A stretch of DNA of 61,200 bases, taken from positions 1 to 61,200 of the forward strand of contig CALKEI010000011.1 of NCBI GenBank assembly GCA_938085095.1. Direction: 5' to 3'. The stretch is from an uncultured Luminiphilus sp. Its GTDB lineage: Bacteria > Pseudomonadota > Gammaproteobacteria > Pseudomonadales > Halieaceae. Below, in pieces: positions 53,607 to 61,200 of this stretch. Below the pieces are notes generated by a model that worked only from the letters and a program-made list of their open reading frames with translations, was not told where the DNA came from and did no database searches. A program made the translations under genes and the position numbers. Positions within the stretch are counted from its first letter, which is position 1. Every line of letters starts with the position of its first letter.

Positions 53607-56600
53607 GCGCCTTACATTTCCGCCCTCGCTGGACGGACATTTTTATCAACCGGCCGGTAGTGGCCGCAGTGATGTGCGTCGCTCTACTGCTGATTGGCAT
53701 TCGGTCAGCCATCAATCTGCCCGTCATTTCTTTCCCGATCATTGAGAGCTCTTCTATCGCGATCGTGACGGCCTACCCGGGCGCCAGTGCCGAAACCGTT
53801 CAAGGCTTTGTGACCGAACCCATTGAACGAGTCGCCAGTAGTGTACCGGGACTCGACTATGTCGAGTCCGTCACGGCGGCCGGAGTCAGTACGGTCACGC
53901 TGTGGCTGCAGCTCAACCAGGACACCACCAAGGTACTGGCCGAATTGTCCACGAGGCTCAGTCAGATACGCTTTGAGCTGCCCGAGGGAACCGAGGACCC
54001 CTCGATCGAAATCAGTCGGGCCGATACGCCCTATGCCAGCTTTTACTTAGGTGTGCTGATACCCCCAACCCGAACCTACGCCGAGGTCACCGACATTATT
54101 CAGCGCGAGATCCTGCCACGGCTCTCAGCCCTGCCTAATGTGCAGCGCGCGATCAACTACGGGTTACCTCAAGCAATGCGTATTTGGCTCGACCCCTGGC
54201 GAATGGCGGCACTGGGTGTCGATACCCAAGACATCTCCGGCACCCTTCAGCGAAATAATGTGATCGGCACGTTTGGCCAATCCGAGAGCGCGTCGCAACG
54301 CATTAATTTACAGACCAATAGCGAGGCCAAGTCACCAGAAGATTTCGCCAACATGCTCATTCGTCGGGATGAGGACGTCGAAATCCGCCTGGGCGATGTT
54401 GCAGATATCGAAGTCGGCACCATGGAAATCTCTCGCATGGCGCGCTACAACCAGGACCGCGTCGTCTTCATCCCGATATACCCCGAGCCCGGTACTAGTG
54501 AGATTCTGGTGGGCAACCTCGTTTATGACGCGGTAGATGCCATTAACGAAACGCTCCCTCCGGACCTGGAGCTCACCATTCCCTTTGATAACTCCCGCTA
54601 CATGCGGGACGCCGTTACCGAGATTTTTATCACCCTTGGCGAGACTGTTTTTCTGGTCGGCCTGGTTGTTATTGCGCTCATGGGGTCCATGCGCAGTGCT
54701 TTGGTCCCGCTATTAACGATCCCGATCTCGATTCTGGGTGCGGCGGCGGCAATGTCACTGATGGGCTTCTCTCTCAACCTGCTGACTATCCTGGCCGTTG
54801 TTCTATCCGTCGGGCTGGTCGTCGATGATGCGATCGTGGTGGTGGAAAATGTAGCGCGTAATCTACGCGAAGGCATGACACGCCGCGAAGCGGCACTCGC
54901 CTCGTCGCGACGGCTACTGTCACCCATCATTGCCATGACGGTGACACTGGGGGTGGTGTATGCACCGATCGGCTTCCTGTCTGGACTCTCGGGCGTGCTG
55001 TTCAGAGAGTTTGCGTTTACGCTGGCTGTGGCCGTATTGATATCGGGCTTAGTGGCGATCACGCTGTCGCCTATTATGAGCGCCTGGGTGTGTCCTGATA
55101 GCGGCCATCAAACGCGAATGAGCACATGGGTGAATCATCGTTTTGAGGTGATCTCCCAGCACTACGGCAAACTCATCGACTTTTCACTGCGCTGGCGCTG
55201 GCAGCTGATTACCGCGGGGCTGTTCTTCACGCTTTTGATCGCGCCACTGTATTGGTTCTCACTGAAAGAACTGGCACCCATTGAGGATCAAAGTGCGATC
55301 AATCTCGTGGTGGATGCTGCCCCCGAGTCTTCCATAGAGGAAACGCTGTCAGGCTTTGTGGATGCTGTTGACGTGTTACTGGAGCGACCGGAGACAACCT
55401 ATATTTGGCAGGCCCTGGGGCCCTCTGGCGGTTACGGTGGTCATGAATTTGTTCCACCCGGCGAGCGGGATGTCAGCACGCACCTCATGCTGCCGGGCAT
55501 TCGCACTGACCTTGCTCGAGTGCCTTCAATCAGGGCCTTTCCTGCCACGACGCCTGCCCTGCCCACCGCAGGTCAGTTTGACGTGGAGGTGGTGGTGACG
55601 TCGTCCGAATCAGCAAAGGAGATGCGCCGCTATGCACTGGCCATGGTCGAGCAGGCGCAGGCTTCCGGCATGTTCCTTTACTTTGATACCAGCCTTCGAT
55701 TGGACCTGCTGTCGGTGGAATATCGACTTGATAAGGACCGGTTAGCAGACCTCGGCATGACGCTGAGCGATCTTACGTCTCAAATGGGATTGTTTGTGTC
55801 CGAGGGATACATTACGCGCTATGACGAGCGCGGCCGAGCCTATCGCGTGATACCAATGCTCAGGAGCGATCTCAAGGCCTCACCGGAAGCCTTGCTCGAC
55901 ACCCCCATTACCTTGCCCTCTGGCGGTCAGGTTCCCTTCGGCACCTTCGCCGCACTCGAGCGCAATACGGAACCTCGGGCGCTCACGCGGTTCCAACAAA
56001 AGGGCAGCTTTAAACTGTTTGGCGGTGTGATACCGGGGTATACCAAGGAGCAGGCATTGGCTCAGGTCGAGGCGTTAGCGGCAGAGATTCTTCCGCCCGA
56101 GTACATCCTCGACTACACGGGCGAATCAAGGGAAATCCGCCGTGAGGGCAACACCATGGTGGGCGTGCTGGGTGCCTCTTTGGTGATGGTCTTTCTCGTT
56201 TTAGCGCTGCAGTTTGATAGCTTCCGCGACCCCCTGATTATTTTACTTGGCTCGGCACCGCTGGCGCTGTTTGCGGCAATGGTGATTACATTCACCGGCT
56301 TCACCACGATTAACATCTATTCGCAGGTGGGGTTGATCACCTTGGTTGGGCTCATTTCCAAGAACGCTATCCTAATTGTAGAGTTCGCTAATCAGGCGCA
56401 AATGGAAGGCCTCAATAAGCTGGAGGCGATCAAGGCGGGCTCTATGAATCGACTTCGCCCCGTGCTGATGACCACGGGCGCCACCGTGTTTGGTCACTTC
56501 CCTCTAGTGCTAGTAGAAGGAGCGGGTGCCGAAGCGCGAAATAGCATCGGCTTTATTCTGGTGATCGGCATGCTGATCGGTACGCTGTTCACGCTGGTCC

Positions 56601-56704
56601 TGCTACCTGCGATCTACGCGCTGCTTGCTTCCGAGCACTCCTCTACGGAATCTGCAACAGACAACACGCCGGCGGAGAAGCTCACTGAGCCGACCCCCGT
56701 CTAG
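53603..56704 (+). CDS. RND efflux permease (AcrB/AcrD/AcrF family, MexW/MexI-like)
   Basis: 1033 aa with DIFINRPV, GLVVDDAIVVVEN (proton-relay Asp pair), GLISKNAILIVEFA and RLRPVLMT. Confidence 0.93.
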   Translation: MSALHFRPRWTDIFINRPVVAAVMCVALLLIGIRSAINLPVISFPIIESSSIAIVTAYPGASAETVQGFVTEPIERVASSVPGLDYVESVTAAGVSTVTLWLQLNQDTTKVLAELSTRLSQIRFELPEGTEDPSIEISRADTPYASFYLGVLIPPTRTYAEVTDIIQREILPRLSALPNVQRAINYGLPQAMRIWLDPWRMAALGVDTQDISGTLQRNNVIGTFGQSESASQRINLQTNSEAKSPEDFANMLIRRDEDVEIRLGDVADIEVGTMEISRMARYNQDRVVFIPIYPEPGTSEILVGNLVYDAVDAINETLPPDLELTIPFDNSRYMRDAVTEIFITLGETVFLVGLVVIALMGSMRSALVPLLTIPISILGAAAAMSLMGFSLNLLTILAVVLSVGLVVDDAIVVVENVARNLREGMTRREAALASSRRLLSPIIAMTVTLGVVYAPIGFLSGLSGVLFREFAFTLAVAVLISGLVAITLSPIMSAWVCPDSGHQTRMSTWVNHRFEVISQHYGKLIDFSLRWRWQLITAGLFFTLLIAPLYWFSLKELAPIEDQSAINLVVDAAPESSIEETLSGFVDAVDVLLERPETTYIWQALGPSGGYGGHEFVPPGERDVSTHLMLPGIRTDLARVPSIRAFPATTPALPTAGQFDVEVVVTSSESAKEMRRYALAMVEQAQASGMFLYFDTSLRLDLLSVEYRLDKDRLADLGMTLSDLTSQMGLFVSEGYITRYDERGRAYRVIPMLRSDLKASPEALLDTPITLPSGGQVPFGTFAALERNTEPRALTRFQQKGSFKLFGGVIPGYTKEQALAQVEALAAEILPPEYILDYTGESREIRREGNTMVGVLGASLVMVFLVLALQFDSFRDPLIILLGSAPLALFAAMVITFTGFTTINIYSQVGLITLVGLISKNAILIVEFANQAQMEGLNKLEAIKAGSMNRLRPVLMTTGATVFGHFPLVLVEGAGAEARNSIGFILVIGMLIGTLFTLVLLPAIYALLASEHSSTESATDNTPAEKLTEPTPV

Positions 56705-56731
56705 AGCGTCGACTCTGGACTGAGCCGTTAC

Positions 56732-56768
56732 TTGACGCACGGATAGTGCGCGGGTTTAATACGCGGCC
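56732..56768 (+). promoter_or_regulatory. sigma70 promoter of tRNA-Phe
   Basis: TTGACG-N17-TTTAAT followed by the GC-rich discriminator ACGCGGCC. Confidence 0.75.
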
Positions 56769-56791
56769 TTCAGGTTATACGCCTCTATTTT

Positions 56792-56867
56792 GCCCAGGTA
56801 GCTCAGTTGGTAGAGCAGTGGATTGAAAATCCTCGTGTCGGTGGTTCGATTCCGCCCCTGGGCACCA
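56792..56867 (+). tRNA. tRNA-Phe (GAA)
   Basis: GCCCAGG/CCTGGGC acceptor stem, D arm AGCTCAGTTGGTAGAGC, anticodon loop TTGAAAA, GGTTCGATTCC T arm, encoded CCA. Confidence 0.97.
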
Positions 56868-56873
56868 TGACAC

Positions 56874-56909
56874 AAAGCCTCGTCGCACCGACGGGGCTTT
56901 TTTGTTTTT
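56874..56909 (+). terminator. Intrinsic terminator after tRNA-Phe
   Basis: AAAGCCTCGTCG-CAC-CGACGGGGCTTT followed by TTTGTTTTT. Confidence 0.85.
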
Positions 56910-57044
56910 GTGCTCTGAAAATGCGCGCAGTTTCACTCATCAGCAACCCCGATTCTCGGTAAACGGCTTCGGTGTTTAAGATCTCGCTAATCTGAGGCGC
57001 GGTGCGGCCCGTATCGTTAATAGTAAATCTAACGGGAGGATGAC

Positions 57045-57155
57045 ATGGAACATCTGATTTGGGCCGTTCCTGCAGCACTGTGGATACTGGTCAGCATCGA
57101 CGCCGCCACTCGGCAAAAGCCCCTGTTGCTGCTTGATCGCACACATAAACGCTAA
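57045..57155 (+). CDS. Putative 36-aa small membrane protein (below the ORF-track cutoff)
   Basis: GGGAGGA SD at 57034-57040 precedes the ATG. Translates MEHLIWAVPAALWILVSIDAATRQKPLLLLDRTHKR. Confidence 0.5.
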   Translation: MEHLIWAVPAALWILVSIDAATRQKPLLLLDRTHKR

Positions 57156-57179
57156 CGCGCGCGCTCAATAGAGACGAAT

Positions 57180-57368
57180 ATGAATTGGCTGGTCATCGGA
57201 TTCTGGGGCTGCCTTGTCATGTGGCTGATCAGCCTTGCTGGTGACGTCGGTCTTGCGCGTAACCCCGATGTGGCCGAAGGCCTCCAATGGCTGCCCCTCA
57301 TCAGCGCCACCATCGCCTTTGTCGGCATGTGCTACTTCGGCCACGCCAGCTCTATGTTTGGCTGGTAG
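57180..57368 (+). CDS. Hypothetical 62-aa two-TM membrane protein
   Basis: Two hydrophobic helices and a GAGA SD-like element. Fills the gap up to the convergent SnoaL gene. Confidence 0.55.
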   Translation: MNWLVIGFWGCLVMWLISLAGDVGLARNPDVAEGLQWLPLISATIAFVGMCYFGHASSMFGW

Positions 57369-57373
57369 TCGCC

Positions 57374-57814
57374 CTATTCCGGCATTGCTCTCACCAGCAT
57401 CGACTGGCGCATACTGTCGGTGTCGTCAAAGGCCGTGAATGCAGCAATTTTTCCGTCTCGCATCGTGAACATGTGCAAACTCTCGGTATCCAACCCCGCA
57501 GCCGTCATTCGCGTGTGCACGAACACCACGTCACCCGCGCTGTAAGTCTCAATGGTCTCAAAATTGAGTGCAGGCCAGTGAGTAGGAAATAGTCCCATAA
57601 CCTCATCGATTACCGCCTGCGTTCCGATTCGTTGCCCGGATTGCGGTAAGTCGCCAAAGATCGTCCACACAAAGTCGTCTGTGTGCAGAGCGGCCCAACC
57701 GTCAGCATCGCCCACGCCAAACGTCATATAAGCTTGATCAATGACCTCAAGATCGCTTTGTGCCCAACCCTGAAGACTAAAAATCAGTCCCCAACTCGCT
57801 ATTAACGCTTTCAT
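57374..57814 (-). CDS. Exported SnoaL/NTF2-like protein
   Basis: Signal peptide, then AY..F..GD...W...HTDDFVW...G...G and HMFTMRDGKI...FDDT (ketosteroid-isomerase-like pattern). Confidence 0.75.
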   Translation of the reverse strand: MKALIASWGLIFSLQGWAQSDLEVIDQAYMTFGVGDADGWAALHTDDFVWTIFGDLPQSGQRIGTQAVIDEVMGLFPTHWPALNFETIETYSAGDVVFVHTRMTAAGLDTESLHMFTMRDGKIAAFTAFDDTDSMRQSMLVRAMPE

Positions 57815-57995
57815 ATTGCCGTTCCCGTTTTTACACTCAGTGAGCGGGCACTATACCGCGGTGAAACGCGCGGGACCTTGGTCTTTGTCAAACAGTTGCC
57901 CAAGGTCTGGTCCGTCGCGCACACTGTTGTTTCATGCTGATAGCAGTAAACTGGTGCGCAATAAAAATCGACCTGCCACAACGGAGCCATCCTGA

Positions 57996-59351
57996 ATGAA
58001 TGCGCCTATTCCCACGCTGGATGCCTGGCCCGAACAAACCATTCGCGGGCACAGCATCTCAGGTTCACGCTACACCTCCCGTGAGTTTATGGAGCGAGAG
58101 TGGGAAGGCATGTGGACGCGTGTATGGCTGCTACTGGGGCGCGCCGCAGAACTCCCCAAGCCTGGCGATTGGCAGATGGAACCCGTTGGCCGCGAGGAGA
58201 TCCTCATGGTGCGGCAACAGGATGACAGCATCAAAGCCTTCTACAACGTGTGCCAGCACCGGGGTAACCCCCTGGTGGATGAGTCGAAGGGTAGCAACCC
58301 CAGACGCTTCGTATGCCGCTACCACAGCTGGGCCTTTCTGCCCGACGGCGCGCTCCAGTTCGCGCCCGACAAAGAAGACTTTCCCCAGGGGAACCCTTGC
58401 GGGAAACTGCGCCTCGCCGAAGTCCAATGCGAGACCTTCGCCGGCTTCATCTGGGTGAACATGGACCCCGATTGCGCACCCCTGAAAGATTATCTTGGCC
58501 CTATCTGGGACGAGTGGCAGGCACGCGAAGTCGACACCTGGCAGAGGACCATGGCTAACACCATGTGGCTACCCTGTAACTGGAAGGTCGTACTCGATAA
58601 CTTTAACGAGTCTTACCACGTGCCGACCGTACACATGGGCGCAACCCCAACCACTGACCGCACCGCGATCGCTGGAGGTATCAATACCTACTTCAAGGAA
58701 ACCCAATTCGATCTGGCTAACGAGGGCCACGCGCGCATGATCATGAAGGGTGGTTACGGTGCCGGCGTGACCGACGCCGACGGCAATATCGTCGAGCCGC
58801 TAGCTTCCCTGCTCTCCTATTGGCATCTCGACCCTGCCGAATTCAAAGGTCGACCCGAAGATACCCGCGAAGCGCTGCAACAGGCCAAGCGCAATCTGGG
58901 ACCGGATAAAGGCTACAGCCACTATGCGACCGTTCCCGATGAACAGCTGACCGATGCTTTCCACTACACCCTCTTCCCCAATTTTGCCGTGTCGTTGTGG
59001 GCCGACGGCTTTCACTTTTTACGGGCGCGACCGCATCCCACGGACCCGGAGCAATGCCTGTTCGATAACTGGTGGTATGCAAGCCCAGCTAGCATAGAAG
59101 CGGAGCTCGACGACGGCACCAGTGCAACCGAGTCACTCACGGCAGACGGCTCGGATGATGTGCCTGTCAAATGGCTTACCTGCGGAGAAGATTCCATTGG
59201 CCCAGCCATTGAAGACGATGTAGCGGTATTCATTACCCAGCAGCGGGGCGTTCGCTCACGTGGCTTCACAGGCGCTTACCTGTCGGGTCAAGAAATGCGC
59301 ATCAGCCGCTACCATGAGCGAATAGATGACTATATCGACGGTGCAGTCTAA
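57996..59351 (+). CDS. Rieske non-heme iron oxygenase alpha subunit
   Basis: Rieske CQHRG...CRYHSW, mononuclear-iron NWK..LDNFNESYHVPTVH, late EDD ligand, QRGVRSRG. Confidence 0.92.
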   Translation: MNAPIPTLDAWPEQTIRGHSISGSRYTSREFMEREWEGMWTRVWLLLGRAAELPKPGDWQMEPVGREEILMVRQQDDSIKAFYNVCQHRGNPLVDESKGSNPRRFVCRYHSWAFLPDGALQFAPDKEDFPQGNPCGKLRLAEVQCETFAGFIWVNMDPDCAPLKDYLGPIWDEWQAREVDTWQRTMANTMWLPCNWKVVLDNFNESYHVPTVHMGATPTTDRTAIAGGINTYFKETQFDLANEGHARMIMKGGYGAGVTDADGNIVEPLASLLSYWHLDPAEFKGRPEDTREALQQAKRNLGPDKGYSHYATVPDEQLTDAFHYTLFPNFAVSLWADGFHFLRARPHPTDPEQCLFDNWWYASPASIEAELDDGTSATESLTADGSDDVPVKWLTCGEDSIGPAIEDDVAVFITQQRGVRSRGFTGAYLSGQEMRISRYHERIDDYIDGAV

Positions 59352-59369
59352 GAGACGGGAAAAACAGCT

Positions 59370-59780
59370 ATGAGTCAAGACGGAGATCGGCAAGCGTTGC
59401 AGGATGTAATGCTCTCGTACGGAGCTGCGGTCGATGATCGGAACATGGCCCGCTACCGTGCGTGCTTTGCCGATGATGCGGAGATTGTGGGATTCGGTGA
59501 GGCCACGATCAGGGGCGCGGACACCTGGACGGCGTCGGTCGAGAGCCAGCTGGACGCTTTTTCTGCCACCCAGCACCTGATGAGCCCGCAGCTGGCAACC
59601 GTAACTGGCGATCAGGCCTCGACGCGGACCGATGTGCAGGCGCTGCATGTACTGAAAGACACCGACGGCGCTATTTTTACCCTCTGGGCGACCTACCTGA
59701 CCGACTTTGTGCGCACCGGCGAGGGCTGGAAAATTGCTCGCCATGAGCTGGTCGTGCGGGGCACCCAGCAAACACCCTGA
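59370..59780 (+). CDS. SnoaL-like/NTF2 domain protein (LinA/BaiE-like)
   Basis: Y..AVDDRN...CFADDA, TQHLMS, YLTDFVRTGEGWKIAR. Confidence 0.8.
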   Translation: MSQDGDRQALQDVMLSYGAAVDDRNMARYRACFADDAEIVGFGEATIRGADTWTASVESQLDAFSATQHLMSPQLATVTGDQASTRTDVQALHVLKDTDGAIFTLWATYLTDFVRTGEGWKIARHELVVRGTQQTP

Positions 59781-59814
59781 AACCCTCCCCTTGTCGCCCC
59801 TGACCTCAGCATTC

Positions 59815-60663
59815 TTGCGTAAACAGCGACGCCCGCGGGTATCGCTGGTAACGGCGCTATTCCAATGCCTGTGGGTGAGCGTCGGGGTGGCGTCGGAGAT
59901 CGAGCCGCTGATTGTCACAGCAGATCGATCGCAAGACTGTGCCGCAGCGCTATCGCAAGGCCGACAACAGCTGAGCGTCGTCGGCCTACCCGCTGCTTTC
60001 TCTTTGCTCAACTGGAACGTAGAAAAAGCCCGGCACCCAGATCTGATTGCTGAATTTGCTCATTTTGCCCGACGCTCGGATGTGATCTTCCTCCAAGAAG
60101 CGGTACCGCTGCGCAAAACGGAAACCGTGATCGAGCAGTCGCTTTATGAGGCGTTCGTGCGGGGGTATGTCCAGAACGAGATTGATACGGGCGTGCTGAC
60201 GCTGGCCAAAGTGCCACACCTCGTCCACTGCCATCTGCTGGCGACCGAGCCCTGGCTCCGCACACCGAAAGCAACGAGCGTTACCCTTTACCCTCTGGCC
60301 AACAGCGACCAAACACTGCTCACCGTGAATTTACATGCCATTAATTTCAGCTTTGGCGTGACCGCATATGCCGCCCAGTTGAATGCCGTGGCCGGCTTGA
60401 TCGCGGCGCATCGGGGGCCGGTCATTTTTGGCGGCGATCTGAACACCTGGAGCACACGCCGGGAGCGCACACTCGAAGCCTTTACCAGCGACCTGAACCT
60501 CACGGCACTGCCTTTTTCGCCTGATCACCGCACCACTCGCTTTAACCGAGCACTGGACCACCTGTATGTGCGCGAACTGACTTGGCGCTCCACGGAGGCT
60601 TTACCCGTGACAACCTCTGACCATAATCCTCTCTTTGCCACGTTGCAGCGAGACGATACATGA
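59815..60663 (+). CDS. Endonuclease/exonuclease/phosphatase family protein (YafD/UPF0294-like)
   Basis: LNWNVEK, FLQEA, EPWLRTPK, NLHAINFSFG, GGDLNTWS, LDH, SDHNP. Start is uncertain (TTG 59791 or 59815). Confidence 0.85.
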   Translation: MRKQRRPRVSLVTALFQCLWVSVGVASEIEPLIVTADRSQDCAAALSQGRQQLSVVGLPAAFSLLNWNVEKARHPDLIAEFAHFARRSDVIFLQEAVPLRKTETVIEQSLYEAFVRGYVQNEIDTGVLTLAKVPHLVHCHLLATEPWLRTPKATSVTLYPLANSDQTLLTVNLHAINFSFGVTAYAAQLNAVAGLIAAHRGPVIFGGDLNTWSTRRERTLEAFTSDLNLTALPFSPDHRTTRFNRALDHLYVRELTWRSTEALPVTTSDHNPLFATLQRDDT

Positions 60664-61007
60664 TCCGGATAATCCTATTGTGTTGGCTTTGCATCGGCCC
60701 CGGTGCTGCCCTGGGCGCGGCGGGCGACGCTGACACAGAGATTCAGGGGTTAATTCAAGCCGTCGCAGAGAGCGGCTGCGAATTTGATCGCAATGGCACC
60801 CGATACTCAGCGAAGGACGCTGCCCAGCACCTTGAATTGAAATATTCCCGCGGCAAACGCCACGTCAAGTCGGCTGAAGATTTCATCCAGCGTCTCGCCA
60901 GCAAGAGCTCTTGGAGCGGCAATCCTTATCAGATGATCTGTGAGGGAGAGGCCGAGCCGGCGGGCGATTGGCTGTCTGCCACCCTGATAGAGCTACGCGC
61001 TAGCTGA
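60660..61007 (+). CDS. DUF5329 (YfeK-like) exported protein
   Basis: Signal peptide, then EI..LI..V..SGCEFDRNG..YSA..A..HL..KY and AEDFI..LASKSSWSG.PY. Confidence 0.75.
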   Translation: MIRIILLCWLCIGPGAALGAAGDADTEIQGLIQAVAESGCEFDRNGTRYSAKDAAQHLELKYSRGKRHVKSAEDFIQRLASKSSWSGNPYQMICEGEAEPAGDWLSATLIELRAS

Positions 61008-61074
61008 ATAGCAGCGATATACAGACCTTAAGGTGCGATCTGCTTTGCCCACCACCGCGACGCATGGGTGCTCG

Positions 61075-61200
61075 TCAGGCGTTTTTAAACCGCTCCAGAT
61101 TCGAGAGCGCTGACGGCGAGTCGGATTCTAGATAGCCGCTGTTGCCCCACAGCGCCCGGTTAGCGAGCGCGGTATCAAAACACTCGATGAGCGCCTGAAT
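61075..61200 (-). CDS. C-terminal fragment of an unidentified gene entering from the right edge
   Basis: Open frame ...IQALIECFDTALANRALWGNSGYLESDSPSALSNLERFKNA* with its stop at 61075-61077. Confidence 0.5.
   Translation of the reverse strand: MQALIECFDTALANRALWGNSGYLESDSPSALSNLERFKNA

Noticed and set aside
56868-61200. Possible genomic island or prophage integrated at tRNA-Phe
   Set aside because: No integrase, no duplicated tRNA 3' end seen in the window, and no obvious compositional shift. An att site beyond the window cannot be excluded.

Overview
Mostly core chromosome of a high-GC marine-type gammaproteobacterium. Gene order and content suggest the OM60/NOR5 (Halieaceae) group, but this is inference and was not verified. 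In order: pilN'-pilM, mrcA, rpmE, priA-argS-SPOR-DUF971, ubiEJB-hisIE-tatABC-MscS, an MsbA-like ABC exporter, a cupin, three-gene pntAA/AB/B, chrR-rpoE (ECF11) divergent from a ufaD/ufaO/ufaM-like lipid-modification operon followed by NhaC and a thioesterase, epmA-efp-serB, an Smp/YtjB-like membrane protein with a degenerate cyclase domain, parC, elaA, typA, glnA-DUF4124-ntrBC (with sigma54 and NtrC sites), rhodanese-grxC-secB, gpmI-envC-ctpA, hisBHAF, mutY-yggX, an RND pair and tRNA-Phe. A small accessory patch follows the tRNA (small membrane ORFs, SnoaL proteins, a Rieske oxygenase, a YafD-like EEP protein, DUF5329). I found no integrase, transposase, CRISPR array or defence system, and no clearly new system. 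The best leads are: (1) three matching ECF11-type promoters that wire a compact singlet-oxygen/furan-fatty-acid module, with the anti-sigma apparently on its own promoter; (2) a catalytically dead class III cyclase membrane protein next to serB; (3) an unannotated 36-aa membrane ORF with a strong SD after tRNA-Phe; (4) a multi-stem leader RNA upstream of rhodanese-grxC-secB; and (5) epmA-efp without an adjacent epmB. All family calls come from motif recognition by eye, not from database searches.
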